DNA of 64,000 nucleotides from Bacteroidetes bacterium GWE2_42_24 (GCA_001768515.1 MEOA01000012.1:9275-73274); one strand, 5' to 3'; positions 1 to 11,815 are shown, counted from the stretch's first letter. The notes: generated from the sequence alone by a model not told the origin. Made by a program: numbers and translations.

Positions 1-1116
1 CACGCGATAGTTCAGATCAGGATATTGAAAATCTATGAAGCCCTGGCAAGTCAGAAATCACTCAAACTACTCCGCGAGAAAATGGGTCATCCCGACAAGG
101 ATGTCCGCAGGCAGGTGTTGGTTTCGTTGAGTAACAGGAAGTATCAGGCAACCGCCTCCGAAACACCCCTGCTCAAAGAGATGATCGAGGAAACCGTTGC
201 CTATATTCTCTGGATACTTGCCACCCTGCAGGATCTCAACACCTGTGATGAAGCCCTCGACCTGAAGATGGCCTTACTAACCGAGGAAGATGACCAGAAA
301 GAATTCCTCTTCCTGATGCTCTCGCTGATGTACGACGAAAAAACCATCCATCATATCCGCGAACACATCGAAAGCAAAGATGCCAACGCGAAGGTGTATG
401 CACTCGAAATCGGCGACATGATCATCGGCGATGAGATTAAGGAAATCTTCTTCCCCATATTCGAAGATCTTCCCGTTCAGGAAAGACTTAACAGGTTCAT
501 GTTCAGGTTCCCGCAGCAGAAGTTAGCGCCAATAGCAAGGCTCTGCGAAATCCTCAACAAACCCTACACCCGCGCGAGCAGGTATAGCAAGGCCTGTACA
601 CTGAGAATTCTGGAAACCCAACAAAAGGATAAAGAACAAACAACCGAAAGGATGCTGGCAGCCAATGTCGTTCATCCCGATCAGTTATTAAGCGAAATGG
701 CGGCATGGACACTCCACCGTTACAACCCCGGCTATTATCTTGACCTCATCAGCCGGCTGAAGAAAAGCGGATTCAGCGAATCAGAAGCCATAACAGAAAA
801 GGTCAGGGAGCGGGAGGAAGAAACAGCGTTGCTCACGTTTGAGAAAACAGGACTGATGAGAAGTACCGAATTTTTCGCAACCGTTCAGGAGACTGCCATT
901 ATCGACTTTCTGGAACGGACGTCCCAGGCCCGATTTATCAAAGAAACAGCAGATTCCACCGTACAGCTTTCCGCGGATTCCGATCTGGAATATCTGCCCG
1001 CCGACAATGGCTTCCTCATCGTCATACCGAAAAGCGCGTTATATGAATTTATGATGAGCAGCCCTGAGCTTGCAGAGAAGTTGTTCAGCATCATCCAAAT
1101 AAACAATTCTAATTGA
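1..1116 (+). CDS. C-terminal part of a larger protein (frame open to window edge); helical HEAT-like repeats, possibly a degenerate cyclic-nucleotide-binding-like C-terminus
   Basis: Frame 1 has no stop from nt 1, and the ORF track begins it at an internal TTG (nt 25). The translation is helix-rich (..HPDKDVRRQVLVSL.. resembles a HEAT repeat). The stop at 1114-1116 lies 6 nt before the sensor kinase ATG, which suggests co-transcription. Function is not securely recognisable. Confidence 0.5.
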   Translation, partial: HAIVQIRILKIYEALASQKSLKLLREKMGHPDKDVRRQVLVSLSNRKYQATASETPLLKEMIEETVAYILWILATLQDLNTCDEALDLKMALLTEEDDQKEFLFLMLSLMYDEKTIHHIREHIESKDANAKVYALEIGDMIIGDEIKEIFFPIFEDLPVQERLNRFMFRFPQQKLAPIARLCEILNKPYTRASRYSKACTLRILETQQKDKEQTTERMLAANVVHPDQLLSEMAAWTLHRYNPGYYLDLISRLKKSGFSESEAITEKVREREEETALLTFEKTGLMRSTEFFATVQETAIIDFLERTSQARFIKETADSTVQLSADSDLEYLPADNGFLIVIPKSALYEFMMSSPELAEKLFSIIQINNSN

Positions 1117-1122
1117 TTTATT

Positions 1123-4100
1123 ATGAAGAACTTGATCGTTGCCATCCTGTTTTTGATGCTTCCGGTTCTTTCGATCGGGCAGGCAGGGTATGAGATAGGA
1201 TTTCCATTTGTAAGAAACTATACCACCACCGATTACCAGGCCCATGCCCAGAACTTCGCCGTTGCAGGAGATCAGCAGGGGATCATGTATTTTGGCAACT
1301 TTGCAGGTGTCTTGCAGTATGACGGGGAGACATGGCGGCTGATTCCGACGGAGAATACCACCAAGGTCTCAGCACTGGCAATCGACTCAGCCGGAAAAGT
1401 ATTTGTTGGTGCACGCGGGGAGATTGGTTTCCTTGAACCCGACAAAACAGGAACGCTGAAGTTTACCAGTCTGTTGAAGGATTTTAAGGCCAAGTACCCG
1501 CCTTTCTACGACATCCTTCACGTTTTTATTATTGGCAACAAGGTTCATTTTATCGCAGGCAACCTTATCTTCACGCTGGAAAACGGAGAAATCACAGTAT
1601 GGGCAGCACCCCGGGAAATACAAAACGCCTTCATGGTCAGGGATGTCATCTTTCTTCAGGTAAAAGAAACAGGACTGGTAACCTGGCGCGATAAGAAACT
1701 GGAAGCCCATGATCAGGGAGCTGTCTTCTCGGGAGCAAGAGTCATCAGCGCCATGCTGCCCTTTCAAGGGACAAAGACATTGATTGCCACGAGTTCGCAA
1801 GGCCTCTTTCTGATGGAAGAGGGTACCATTCGCCCATTTGAGGCGAAGGCAAACGACCTGCTGACAAAAAACCCGGTGACCTCAGGTGTAGCCTTGTCAG
1901 ATGGAACGATAGCCCTGGGAACATCGCGGATGGGGATCATCGTTATCAGTGCCGATGGGAACATCAGGCAGATCATCGACAAAGGGGCCTCCCTGCAAAA
2001 CAGTTTTGTACAAACCCTCTACATAAACAACGACAATACCCTTTGGGCCGCGCTGAACAATGGTATTTCAATGATTGAGATTCCTTCACCATTAACCTAT
2101 TTCGACGAAAAGTCAGGGCTTATGGGAGGCGTCAATCAGGTTATGCGTTTCCAAAACACCTGCTACGTAGCAACCTACCAGGGATTGTATTATTACGATG
2201 AAGCCTCTCTGGGGTTTCTACCTGTGAAAGAGATTATATCAGCATGCTGGAGAATTGTATCTTTTAACAATGACCTGTTTGCCGCCACTTCACAGGGAAT
2301 CTTCGCCGTGCGGAATAAAAAGGCCACCCTGATACGCGATGGCTTTACCCTTTCGCTTGTCACATCAACGAAAGAGCCCTCAAGCCTTTACCTTGGCGAA
2401 ACCAGAGGGTTTTATAAAATGACCAGAAAAGGAGGTGATTGGGTTGCGCAGAAGTTTGCCGGGGTAGATGAAGAAATCGACGACCTCAGGACAGATATTT
2501 CAGGGAACATTTGGGGCCTCAGCCTCTCGAAAGGATTGTTCCGATATATTCCCGGTGAGGCTGCCCTCTCGTTCTTTAATGAAAAAAACGGGCTTCCCGG
2601 AAATCAGGGTCTTACAATCAATCCACTTAACAATACCATTAGCATAGGAACCAGCAAGGGCATTTATATCTTCAATGAACCGAGGCAGACGTTTGACTCA
2701 ATCAGACTGTTTTCTGACACAAAACCGTCGGCTGATGAATGGTTTTCGCTCATCGTTCCTGACAGAAACGGGAACCTTTGGGTAAACTCAGGAGAAGAGA
2801 CAGATGCAAAAATACTCATTAAGAAAGGGGATCAATATCAGCCGCTCGCCATGCCATTTCTGCCCATTGCTGACTATGTCATCTGGAGTATCTTTCCTGA
2901 AGAGAATGGCATCACATGGTTAGGTGGTCCCGAAGGACTTATCCAATACGACGCGGCAGTAATGAACAAAAACGTCAAACCTTACCCGAGTCTTATCCGC
3001 AGAATTATCGTCAACAATGATTCTGTTATCTTCTCGGGGAATGTGGCGTTGGATAACCGGGACATTGTACTGAAATACAGCGAAAATTCAGTGACCTTTG
3101 AATTCAGTACGCCCTTTCATTCTGTGAAGGGCGACATGAAATACCAGTTCTATCTCGAAGGATTTGAAGATACCTGGAATGACTGGTCAGCGCAGTCTGT
3201 CAAGGAATATACCAACCTTCCGGGAGGCAGGTATATTTTCCATGTCAGAGCCGAAAACATCTATGGCGAGTTGGCACCCGAAGCGAAAGCAAGCTTCCGG
3301 ATACTCTCGCCCTGGTATACAAGCATCTGGATCATTATCGTTTACTTCATAGCTTTTGGTGGAATCGTGTATGCAATCGTTCTTTTCCGCAATCAAAAGC
3401 TTCTGAAAGAGAAAAGGATTCTTGAAGAACGCATCGCCGGCAGAACCGCGGAAGTTGTTCAGCAGAAAGAAGAAATTGAAAATCAGTCACAGGAATTGGC
3501 CAATAAGAATGATGAGCTTGAAAAGATCAATTCGGCCATCAAATCAATCAATGCTGAAATCAATTATGAGAACCTCCTGCAGTCGCTGCTCGAGAAGATG
3601 AAGATCATAAGGGCTGCCGAGAAATCGCTGGCACTTGTATTTGATAAAAACATAAATGCATATCGATTCAAAGCCTGCCTCGGTTATTCAATTTCGGATT
3701 TTGAGAAGATCATGATCAACCTGGCACAGGCCGAGAACAGGTACCTGAAAAATACGGAAGAGGTGTTTGAGGACATCTTTATCAAATCGGAATTTTCATC
3801 GTTCGGTGAAATTGAGGAGCTTCAGAAGTTTGTTAAACCCAAGTCGATCATGGTGCTGGTGATCAGGATTGAAAACAAAATTGACGCCTTCCTGATATTC
3901 GAAAACCATAGCAGGGCAAATGCCTTTGAAACGCGCGACATCAGTTTAATCAAGAACTCAAAAGAACACATCATTTCGGCTATCATCCGTACGCGGATAT
4001 TGGACGATTTACAGCAAACACTGCATAACCTTAAGGACACACAAGACCAGTTGGTTCAGTCAGAGAAGCTGGCATCGCTCGGACAGCTTACAGCAGGTAT

Positions 4101-4842
4101 TGCACATGAGATTCAAAACCCCCTGAATTTCGTCAACAATTTTGCATCCCTTTCGGTCGATCTGGCAGATGAACTGAACGAAACGCTCGAAGACCTCAGG
4201 GAGAATATTCCCGCCGACAAATACGAAGACGTTGCCGAGGTCATCGGCATGATCAAGGGAAATGTAGTAAAGATCAATGAACATGGGAAAAGGGTCGAAA
4301 GCATCGTGAAAGGAATGCTACAGCATTCAAGGGGCAGAACCAGTGAATTTGAAGAGGTTGAACTCAACAACATCGTCACGGAATATGTTAACCTGGCCTA
4401 TCACGGACTCCGGGCAAAAGATAAAAGCTTCAATACTGCCATCCGCACGAATCTTGATCCCGCGATCGGAAAGGTCAGCATTTTACCACAGGATCTGAGC
4501 CGGGTAGTGCTCAACATAGTGAATAACGCCTGCTATGCTGTTGACGAAAAGTCGAAAACCAATATACCCGGTTATAAACCCGAGGTGGTGGTCACCACCC
4601 GGAAGTTACAGAATAAAGTAGAAATCAGTATCAGAGACAACGGGACAGGGATTCCGCAGCAGGTGATCGAAAAAATATTCAATCCATTTTTCACCACTAA
4701 GCCCACTGGCAAAGGAACCGGATTAGGCCTGTCGATGAGCTTCGACATCGTTAATAAGATTCACAAAGGGAAACTGGAAGTTAAGTCTCAGGAAGGCGAG
4801 TACACAGAATTCATTATCACCATCCCTGAAAAGCAATCCTGA
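1123..4842 (+). CDS. Sensor histidine kinase with periplasmic two-component-regulator beta-propeller / Y_Y_Y region (no receiver domain)
   Basis: 1239 aa with an N-terminal signal/TM segment. A long repeat region of the Bacteroidota regulator-propeller type ends in a Y_Y_Y-like segment ([27 protein letters not shown]). This is followed by one TM helix ([20 protein letters not shown]), a coiled coil and a GAF-like segment. The H-box is [13 protein letters not shown] and the HATPase_c boxes are [16 protein letters not shown] and GTGLGLS. Confidence 0.9.
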   Translation: MKNLIVAILFLMLPVLSIGQAGYEIGFPFVRNYTTTDYQAHAQNFAVAGDQQGIMYFGNFAGVLQYDGETWRLIPTENTTKVSALAIDSAGKVFVGARGEIGFLEPDKTGTLKFTSLLKDFKAKYPPFYDILHVFIIGNKVHFIAGNLIFTLENGEITVWAAPREIQNAFMVRDVIFLQVKETGLVTWRDKKLEAHDQGAVFSGARVISAMLPFQGTKTLIATSSQGLFLMEEGTIRPFEAKANDLLTKNPVTSGVALSDGTIALGTSRMGIIVISADGNIRQIIDKGASLQNSFVQTLYINNDNTLWAALNNGISMIEIPSPLTYFDEKSGLMGGVNQVMRFQNTCYVATYQGLYYYDEASLGFLPVKEIISACWRIVSFNNDLFAATSQGIFAVRNKKATLIRDGFTLSLVTSTKEPSSLYLGETRGFYKMTRKGGDWVAQKFAGVDEEIDDLRTDISGNIWGLSLSKGLFRYIPGEAALSFFNEKNGLPGNQGLTINPLNNTISIGTSKGIYIFNEPRQTFDSIRLFSDTKPSADEWFSLIVPDRNGNLWVNSGEETDAKILIKKGDQYQPLAMPFLPIADYVIWSIFPEENGITWLGGPEGLIQYDAAVMNKNVKPYPSLIRRIIVNNDSVIFSGNVALDNRDIVLKYSENSVTFEFSTPFHSVKGDMKYQFYLEGFEDTWNDWSAQSVKEYTNLPGGRYIFHVRAENIYGELAPEAKASFRILSPWYTSIWIIIVYFIAFGGIVYAIVLFRNQKLLKEKRILEERIAGRTAEVVQQKEEIENQSQELANKNDELEKINSAIKSINAEINYENLLQSLLEKMKIIRAAEKSLALVFDKNINAYRFKACLGYSISDFEKIMINLAQAENRYLKNTEEVFEDIFIKSEFSSFGEIEELQKFVKPKSIMVLVIRIENKIDAFLIFENHSRANAFETRDISLIKNSKEHIISAIIRTRILDDLQQTLHNLKDTQDQLVQSEKLASLGQLTAGIAHEIQNPLNFVNNFASLSVDLADELNETLEDLRENIPADKYEDVAEVIGMIKGNVVKINEHGKRVESIVKGMLQHSRGRTSEFEEVELNNIVTEYVNLAYHGLRAKDKSFNTAIRTNLDPAIGKVSILPQDLSRVVLNIVNNACYAVDEKSKTNIPGYKPEVVVTTRKLQNKVEISIRDNGTGIPQQVIEKIFNPFFTTKPTGKGTGLGLSMSFDIVNKIHKGKLEVKSQEGEYTEFIITIPEKQS

Positions 4843-4855
4843 AAAGCAGATTCTC

Positions 4856-5452
4856 ATGAAGTTCAGAACCATTCTATTGGCATTATTGGCTTCAATTGTT
4901 TCGGGTCAATTGCTGGGGCAGACTTTTTTCAAACTTAATGAGTACAACATCATCGATGATGGTCGCGTCATTCCTGTCATGACACTCTTCTCGGCCCAAT
5001 CATTCAGTGAAAAATGGGGCATGTCTGCCTATTTTTACCTGAACGGTGCCAAAGGGAGCAGCTGGGGTGAAGGTTTGGCAGGCCCCACCTGGATGCCTGT
5101 AAAAGGTCTTTCGCTTGGCTTTCTGGCGGGCTTTCAATCCAACGAGGATCAATTATGGCGGGTTTCTCCCATTATCAATTACTCCTCACAAAAATTCTCA
5201 GGCTTTGCTGCTTTCGAATATGGAGGGAAACGACACCGGTGGGATGTAATGGCCTTCTACCTGATCAGGAACTTTAAATTCGGAGGTGAGTTTATACGTT
5301 TTTACCAGATGTATGCAGTAGGGCCAAGAATAGAATTCAGCTTCTGCAAAAAACAACCCATCACGGTATTCTACAGTCAGTTGTGGGACGTGACGCATGA
5401 CAGGCCATCGGCGATGATCGGCATCTACACATCCTTCAGCCAGAAGAAATAG
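4856..5452 (+). CDS. Exported hypothetical protein, small outer-membrane beta-barrel-like
   Basis: 198 aa with a signal peptide (MKFRTILLALLASIVSGQLLGQ). It has alternating aromatic/Gly-rich strand-like segments. It starts 13 nt after the kinase stop. No family recognised. Confidence 0.55.
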   Translation: MKFRTILLALLASIVSGQLLGQTFFKLNEYNIIDDGRVIPVMTLFSAQSFSEKWGMSAYFYLNGAKGSSWGEGLAGPTWMPVKGLSLGFLAGFQSNEDQLWRVSPIINYSSQKFSGFAAFEYGGKRHRWDVMAFYLIRNFKFGGEFIRFYQMYAVGPRIEFSFCKKQPITVFYSQLWDVTHDRPSAMIGIYTSFSQKK

Positions 5453-5571
5453 CTAAGGTGGCGGGGAACCTCTGTATTAATAAAGCAACTTCAAAACTGA
5501 ATAAAAACGGTCACAATTTTTGCTAATTATTACATAAAATGTACCTTCGTTTGGTAAAACGAAAAAAACTT

Positions 5572-6870
5572 ATGAAACACTTATTATTAACAGGACTGGC
5601 TTGCTTCTCGGCAATACTTCTGACTGCTCAGATTGATGTTAAGGGGAAAATTGAAGACGAAGCCGAAAGCCGTGCAGAACAACGTACCGATGAAGGTATC
5701 AGTACCGGGTTTGATAAAGTCGAAGACGGAATTGGAAATTTGTTCACTAAAAAGAAGAAAAAGGAGAAACCAGAGAAATCAGAAGAGGAACAGGTAGAAG
5801 AACCCACTGGTGACCAAGTGGAAACTGAAGAGCAAAACGCAGAAGCAAAACCTGCACGTCAGCAAACTCAAAAGCTTCAGTCCTTCTCCAAATACGACTT
5901 TGTTCCCGGGGACCAGATTCTCTTCTTTGAAGATTTTTCACAGGACGCCGTTGGAGATTTTCCCGCACTGTGGGCGACCAACGGAAGTGGCGAAGTGAAA
6001 ACGGTTAATCTGGCACAGGGCAAATGGCTTCACATGAATGGGAACGATGCAGTGTATTGCTACACCAAAAACATTAGTTTCCCCAATAATTTCATTATCG
6101 AACTCGACATGATTCCCGATGAAGAGTTTAGGGACGGTATTCAATTAACCATATATGAAGACGTTGAAAACAAAGAACTTGATGACGATCTCTACCCCGG
6201 TGCGCGCGGTCTTCACATTAACATCCAGCCCGAATCATGGGCAACCCTTGGTTACAACAATATCACTAATGGAGACTGGCTTGAAGGGCATTCAGAGAAT
6301 CTTCCTGTCATTAAGGAGACGCTCAACCATATCATCATCTGGATACAGAACCGACGCGTAAGAATCTATCACATGGGCGCCAAGGTGCTCGACATGCCCA
6401 CCAACATATACGCCGATACCAAATTCAACCGGTTACGTTTTAGCGGTTGGGATCGCCATTCCTACCCCTTTTTATCCAACCTGAAGGTTACATCGGCCGC
6501 CCCTGACATGCGCAATAAGATACTCTCAGAGGGGAAAATCATCTCTTATGGCATCTGTTTCGACACGGGAAAAGATGTTGTTAAACCCGAGTCCTATGGT
6601 TCAGCAAAGGAGATTGCCCAGATACTGAAAGAGAACCCTGATCTTAAAATCATGATCATCGGACACACCGACAGCGACGGTGATCAGGCAAAAAACCTTG
6701 ACCTTTCAAAGCGAAGGGCCGCCTCCGTAAAAACATACCTCATCAAAGAATTCGGTGCTGAGGAGGCAAGGATAACAACAGAAGGGCTTGGACAAACAGT
6801 CCCGATTGCACCTAACTCATCCCCTGAAGGGAAAGCTAAAAACCGCCGTGTTGAATTTATCAGGAATTGA
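5572..6870 (+). CDS. OmpA family protein (C-terminal peptidoglycan-binding OmpA/MotB domain)
   Basis: The ORF track starts this at 5539, but I prefer ATG 5572, which gives a signal peptide (MKHLLLTGLACFSAILLTAQ). There is a Lys/Glu-rich low-complexity linker (KKKKKEKPEKSEEEQVEE..). The C-terminus matches OmpA domains (..IIGHTDSDGDQAKNLDLSKRRAASVKTYL..NRRVEFI). Confidence 0.85.
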   Translation: MKHLLLTGLACFSAILLTAQIDVKGKIEDEAESRAEQRTDEGISTGFDKVEDGIGNLFTKKKKKEKPEKSEEEQVEEPTGDQVETEEQNAEAKPARQQTQKLQSFSKYDFVPGDQILFFEDFSQDAVGDFPALWATNGSGEVKTVNLAQGKWLHMNGNDAVYCYTKNISFPNNFIIELDMIPDEEFRDGIQLTIYEDVENKELDDDLYPGARGLHINIQPESWATLGYNNITNGDWLEGHSENLPVIKETLNHIIIWIQNRRVRIYHMGAKVLDMPTNIYADTKFNRLRFSGWDRHSYPFLSNLKVTSAAPDMRNKILSEGKIISYGICFDTGKDVVKPESYGSAKEIAQILKENPDLKIMIIGHTDSDGDQAKNLDLSKRRAASVKTYLIKEFGAEEARITTEGLGQTVPIAPNSSPEGKAKNRRVEFIRN

Positions 6871-7102
6871 AGAAAAGGGGCGGTTCACAAAGATGTTTGG
6901 CGACCTGAAACCCGACATTGCTAATAACATTTTCAGTAGTTTGATGATTGAATAACCACACCGACATATCATTATTCAATAGCTAATTGAAACAATTTCC
7001 CGCCCGACAGGTGTACCCGAAGTGGCAGAAAGCCACTGATGAAAATACCAATTCATCATAACTGATATTTAGATCAAAGCGAAACAGGCTTTATGATTAC
7101 AG

Positions 7103-7140
7103 CAAAAGAGCCGGTTAACATCCACAAGTTAACCGGCTCT
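7103..7140 (-). terminator. Rho-independent terminator downstream of cysS
   Basis: A perfect 13-bp stem (AGAGCCGGTTAAC / GTTAACCGGCTCT, 7107-7119 and 7128-7140) with an 8-nt loop. On the minus strand it is followed by TTTT(GCT). It lies 24 nt past the cysS stop. Confidence 0.65.
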
Positions 7141-7163
7141 TAATTTATATGACATCTAATGAT

Positions 7164-8633
7164 TTAATCACGGCACCATGATGCTCCTTCTTTGGTATCC
7201 TTAACCTGAACACCAATCTCCTTCAAACGATCGCGGATCAAATCACTGGTTGACCAGTCTTTTCGTTCGCGGGCATCCTTCCGCAACGAAAGTATGGTCT
7301 TCATAAGTCCTTCAACAAGCTGATCATCCCCACCAGCAGTGGTTTCATCGGTAAGACCAAGAATATCGACTGCAAAAACCTGAATAAGTTCAGAAAGCTG
7401 ATCAATGTCAGCGGCAATCAAAGCTTCATGTCCATCGTTTACCGAATTGATGATTCTGGCGGCTTCAAACAGGTGGGCAATCAATTGCGGGGTATTCATG
7501 TCATCGTCCATGGCCTCATAGCACTTGTTGAGCAGTGCAGAAATATCGGCGTCACTGTGATCAGAGGGTTTAAGCTTCCGGAGCGTCTTCATGGCTTCCA
7601 TCAACCGACGATAACCCTTATCGGCTGCCTGTAATGCTTCATTTGAGAAATCAACCGTGCCGCGGTAATGTGCCTGAAGGATAAAAAAGCGTATGTTCAT
7701 CGGGCTGTATGCCCGTTCAAGCTTTTCATGCGTGCCATTAAAAAATTCCTCCAGGTTGATGAAATTACCCAACGACTTACCCATCTTTTGCCCGTTGATG
7801 GTGATCATGTTATTGTGGAGCCAGTATCTGACAGCTTCCTTACCGTTTGCAGCAACACTCTGTGCAATCTCAGCTTCATGATGCGGAAACACCAGATCCA
7901 TTCCTCCACCATGAATATCGAAGGTTTCGCCCAGATACCGGGCACCCATGGCCGAGCATTCCATGTGCCATCCGGGAAATCCGTCACTCCACGGGGAAGG
8001 CCACCGCATAATATGCTCAGGCTGTGCTTTTTTCCATAAGGCAAAATCGAAACTATTATGCTTCTCAGCCTGTCCGTCAAGTTCCCGTGTATTCGAGAGC
8101 AACTCGTCGACCGAACGGCCGCTAAGTATACCATAATGGTGCTTCGTATTGTACTTTAACACGTCGAAATAAACAGAGCCATTGCTTTCATAAGCAAATC
8201 CATGTTCCATGATCCGCCGTACCATTTCAATCTGTTCGATGATATGTCCCGAAGCATGGGGTTCAATGGAAGGGCGTTTTACATTGAGGGCATCCATCGC
8301 CTGATGATACCTGATAGTGTAATACTGAACTATTTCCATCGGCTCAAGTTGCTCGAGACGAGCTTTCCGGGCTACCTTATCCTCGCCTTCATCGGCATCA
8401 TTCTCCAGATGCCCGACATCAGTAATGTTTCTGACATACCTGACCTTATAACCCAGATGTTGCAAATATCTGAACAATACATCGAAGGTTATGGCGGGGC
8501 GGGCATGTCCCAAATGAGGATCACCATAAACGGTAGGGCCGCAAACATACAAACCAACATGGGGAGGATTCAACGGCTCAAAGACCTCCTTACGACGTGT
8601 AAGGGTGTTGTAAAGCATCAATTTATGTATCAT
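7164..8633 (-). CDS. cysS: Cysteine--tRNA ligase
   Basis: 489 aa. It has a class I HIGH-type motif ([16 protein letters not shown]), a KMSKS-type motif (KMGKSLGN) and the zinc/cysteine-binding region ([10 protein letters not shown]). Full-length CysS architecture. Confidence 0.95.
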   Translation of the reverse strand: MIHKLMLYNTLTRRKEVFEPLNPPHVGLYVCGPTVYGDPHLGHARPAITFDVLFRYLQHLGYKVRYVRNITDVGHLENDADEGEDKVARKARLEQLEPMEIVQYYTIRYHQAMDALNVKRPSIEPHASGHIIEQIEMVRRIMEHGFAYESNGSVYFDVLKYNTKHHYGILSGRSVDELLSNTRELDGQAEKHNSFDFALWKKAQPEHIMRWPSPWSDGFPGWHMECSAMGARYLGETFDIHGGGMDLVFPHHEAEIAQSVAANGKEAVRYWLHNNMITINGQKMGKSLGNFINLEEFFNGTHEKLERAYSPMNIRFFILQAHYRGTVDFSNEALQAADKGYRRLMEAMKTLRKLKPSDHSDADISALLNKCYEAMDDDMNTPQLIAHLFEAARIINSVNDGHEALIAADIDQLSELIQVFAVDILGLTDETTAGGDDQLVEGLMKTILSLRKDARERKDWSTSDLIRDRLKEIGVQVKDTKEGASWCRD

Positions 8634-8927
8634 ACTGTGTAGTATTAAAACCCGGAGAAACGCTGCCGGATTGGTTTGTCCTGCAAAAATACGAAAATGG
8701 ACAGTCGTTCAACTCAGTGTTCCGGTGAATCAACAACATCAGGCGCATGCCTGATAGCAAAAAAAAAATTAAACTATCCCCTGCCAACAAATCACTCTTT
8801 ACAACCACCAAAAGATGAATAAAATACAGAGCGATTACTTTAATGCCTGCCCAGATTTAAACAAGGATATCCTATCATTTTTCAAGATTACGGGGTTATG
8901 AATATCTTTGTTGAAAATTTAGTGGTC

Positions 8928-9347
8928 ATGAAAGTCCGACTTTTTATTCTTCTTTCATTCGCTTCCGGTTTCTATCTGACGGGGTTTTCCCAGGAAGTGG
9001 TCATTCAGCCCGACAGTCTCTTTAAACCAACGCTCGAACAGGTTGATTCACTTAAGCAGTTGTATCCGGTCGTGTTTTCGAACAAGGGTTGTGGCCGTTG
9101 CACGACAGCTAAAGATTTCTTTAATAAAAGCAGCATTTGTTTTGTTAATGTAAACCTGGGGTTACCCGAGAACCGTTCAATGATGTACAGTGTAGCCAAA
9201 AGAGCCGCCGGTAGTAGTCTGCGGGGAATCAAATACCCTGTAATTATCTACAAAGACAGTACCCATTGGGGTCAGGGGGACTTAAACACCTTTCTACTTA
9301 GACTGCAACCAATTGTTGAATCTGAAAGAAAACGGCCTACTGAATAA
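8928..9347 (+). CDS. Exported glutaredoxin/thioredoxin-fold-like small protein (CxxC = CGRC)
   Basis: The preferred start, ATG 8928, gives a signal peptide (MKVRLFILLSFASGFYLTGFSQ). The segment PVVFSNKGCGRCTTAKDFF...YPVIIYKDSTHWGQGDL resembles a glutaredoxin fold. Confidence 0.5.
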   Translation: MKVRLFILLSFASGFYLTGFSQEVVIQPDSLFKPTLEQVDSLKQLYPVVFSNKGCGRCTTAKDFFNKSSICFVNVNLGLPENRSMMYSVAKRAAGSSLRGIKYPVIIYKDSTHWGQGDLNTFLLRLQPIVESERKRPTE

Positions 9348-9482
9348 CATTTCACATTACATTAGATGAAATAATTACCAACAGATTGCGTTTTTCTGTT
9401 TATTGTTCTCTATATGTCGGCGATCAATACTACGAAAATCCGAATCTGGAAAACCCAAAACTGCACTTAAACTTTGGCTCAA

Positions 9483-11792
9483 ATGAAATATTTCTTATCC
9501 ATTCTGTTGTCTGTCATATTTATAGCGGGAAATGCACAGCAGGAGACTGCCATTCATGAATGGCACGACCATTTGCCTTACAGCAAAGGCCTACAGGTGA
9601 TCAATACCGGTGATCAGATTTTCTGCGCCACACAATACGGATTATTCTCGTACGATAAGAACTACAATTCCGTAAAGCGGTACAGTAAGGTTACAGGATT
9701 GAGTGACAGTGAAATAGCAGACATAGGATATCATTCTACGCTAAAAACTCTGGTTATTGCCTATGCCAATACCAACATCGACTTGCTTGTTGACGGCTCG
9801 ATCATTAACCTAAGCGATATCAAACGAAAAAACATCCTTGGAAACAAAACCATCAACAGGATAACCATTGAGGGCGATTATGCTTATCTGGCCTGCGGTT
9901 TTGGAATCGTGGTCGTAGATCTGCGTCGTCATGAAATTCACGACACCTATATACTTGGCCCCAATGGTTCGATGATCGACATCAACGATGTGACATTTAG
10001 TGATGAAAAGATTTATGCAGCCACGGCTATCGGTGTTTTTCAGGCTGACCGGAACAACACGATGCTGGCCGTATTTGAGAATTGGTCGAAGATTCAAACG
10101 ATTCCTCACCCTGGTTTAAACTATGGTTCTGCTGTGTGGTTTAACAATGACCTTATACTGGCTCAGACTAACGATGGATATAATGATGATACCATTTGGG
10201 TATACAATCCGGCCAGTGAGTTAACAAGCAAACTAACGACTGCCTACTATTACAATGTATATCAATTGCAGGTCACCGGAGGACTTTTAGCCATCAGCTA
10301 TGAAGGAGCTGTTGAACTCCGGAATAATTCAATGCAGAGTATTCTGTCAGTTTTCAAGCCTTCGGATGTACAGTTAGCACCTTCAGCAGCTATCGTTGAA
10401 TCGACCAATATGATATGGATTGCCGACCGGAAATATGGATTGGTAAAGGTCACAAATGAAGGATGGAAAGGTGATCTTCTGGCTCCGCAGGGGCCATATT
10501 CGAACAAAGTTTTCGACATCAGCACCCAGGGAGATAAGCTGTGGGTTGCACATGGCGGTCGTAACTCAACATGGGGAAACCTTTACATTCGCGACGGATT
10601 AAGTTCTTCTGATGGTGTTTCCTGGCAGGTATTCAATTACACGACTGAACCAGGCATGTCGGCGATCTGGGATATTGTTGCCGTAAATTCAGCCCCAACA
10701 GGAGACAAGACCTATGCTGCCATCTGGGGTAAAGGATTAATGGAAATCAGTAATGGTGCCATTACGGCCATTTATGATACAACTAATTCTACACTTGAAC
10801 CATGGATAGCAAATGTCAACCAGACTTTTATAAGCGGTATCGATTTCGATGATGCCGGCAATCTTTGGGTCGTCAATACAGGAGCTGAATCTATCATCCA
10901 CGTCATGCGTACCAATGGTGAATGGCAGGGTTACAATCTTGGCGGGAATATGAGCAATATTGATGTAGGAAATTTGATTATAGACCAATCGGGACAAAAA
11001 TGGATTCAAATGCGTAAGGATCATTCCATTCTTGTTTTTAATGAAAATAACACAATCGCCAAACGCGCCAAAATTCTGAATGAGGTTACCGGTAATGGAG
11101 CCATCCCCGGAAACAAAGTTTACGCCATGTGTGAAGATTTGGATGGAGAGATTTGGATCGGAACAGATGTAGGAATAGCTGTTTTTTACAATCCTGGTGG
11201 CGTGCTGACAGGCACAACCAACTTCGACGCCCAGCGTATTGTTGTTTCCCTCGATGGATACAACCAGTATTTACTGGAAAATGAAACTGTAACGGCAATC
11301 TGTGTCGACGGTGCAAACCAAAAATGGATAGGAACCGACAGGGCAGGTGCTTTCTTGCTTTCCGCCGATGGCACAACCGAAATCTTCCATTTCACCGCCG
11401 AAAACAGCCCCCTTTTCTCCAATTCAATCACCGACATTGCTATTGGGGCTGATGGAACAGTCTATTTTGCCACACCCAACGGAATTGTCTCCTTCAAGGG
11501 AGAAGCTACACCATCACAGCCCACCAACGATGATCTCGTTGTATATCCACAGCCCGTTCCCGAAGGGTACGAAGGAGTAGTTGCCATTAAGGGGCTCGTT
11601 AACAATGCATGGGTTAAAATTACCACAATCAGTGGTGCATTGGTATATGAAACCCGTGCTCAGGGAGGTCAGGCCATCTGGAATGCCAAAACAGTAGATG
11701 GTGACAAAGTAAGCACTGGTGTCTATCTTGTTTTTATTACCAATGAGGATGGCTCAGAAACAGCTGTAACAAAAATCATGGTCATCAAATAA
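9483..11792 (+). CDS. PorZ-like T9SS protein: double beta-propeller (two-component-regulator propeller repeats) plus type A T9SS C-terminal sorting domain
   Basis: About 770 aa. The ATG at 9483 gives a signal peptide (MKYFLSILLSVIFIAGNAQ). Propeller repeats run throughout. The C-terminal ~80 aa (VYPQPVPEG..VKITTISGALVYE..GVYLVFITNEDGSETAVTKIMVIK) match the T9SS CTD pattern. Size and architecture equal those of P. gingivalis PorZ, but the assignment is an inference. Confidence 0.6.
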   Translation: MKYFLSILLSVIFIAGNAQQETAIHEWHDHLPYSKGLQVINTGDQIFCATQYGLFSYDKNYNSVKRYSKVTGLSDSEIADIGYHSTLKTLVIAYANTNIDLLVDGSIINLSDIKRKNILGNKTINRITIEGDYAYLACGFGIVVVDLRRHEIHDTYILGPNGSMIDINDVTFSDEKIYAATAIGVFQADRNNTMLAVFENWSKIQTIPHPGLNYGSAVWFNNDLILAQTNDGYNDDTIWVYNPASELTSKLTTAYYYNVYQLQVTGGLLAISYEGAVELRNNSMQSILSVFKPSDVQLAPSAAIVESTNMIWIADRKYGLVKVTNEGWKGDLLAPQGPYSNKVFDISTQGDKLWVAHGGRNSTWGNLYIRDGLSSSDGVSWQVFNYTTEPGMSAIWDIVAVNSAPTGDKTYAAIWGKGLMEISNGAITAIYDTTNSTLEPWIANVNQTFISGIDFDDAGNLWVVNTGAESIIHVMRTNGEWQGYNLGGNMSNIDVGNLIIDQSGQKWIQMRKDHSILVFNENNTIAKRAKILNEVTGNGAIPGNKVYAMCEDLDGEIWIGTDVGIAVFYNPGGVLTGTTNFDAQRIVVSLDGYNQYLLENETVTAICVDGANQKWIGTDRAGAFLLSADGTTEIFHFTAENSPLFSNSITDIAIGADGTVYFATPNGIVSFKGEATPSQPTNDDLVVYPQPVPEGYEGVVAIKGLVNNAWVKITTISGALVYETRAQGGQAIWNAKTVDGDKVSTGVYLVFITNEDGSETAVTKIMVIK

Positions 11793-11815
11793 CTTGTTAC
11801 TGACTGAACATACAG

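Noticed and set aside
8738-8768. The hairpin ATCAGGC-gcat-GCCTGAT next to an A10 run upstream of cysS, considered as a terminator.
   Set aside because: The poly-A lies on the wrong side for a plus-strand terminator. On the minus strand the T-run precedes the hairpin. There is also no upstream convergent gene that would need it.
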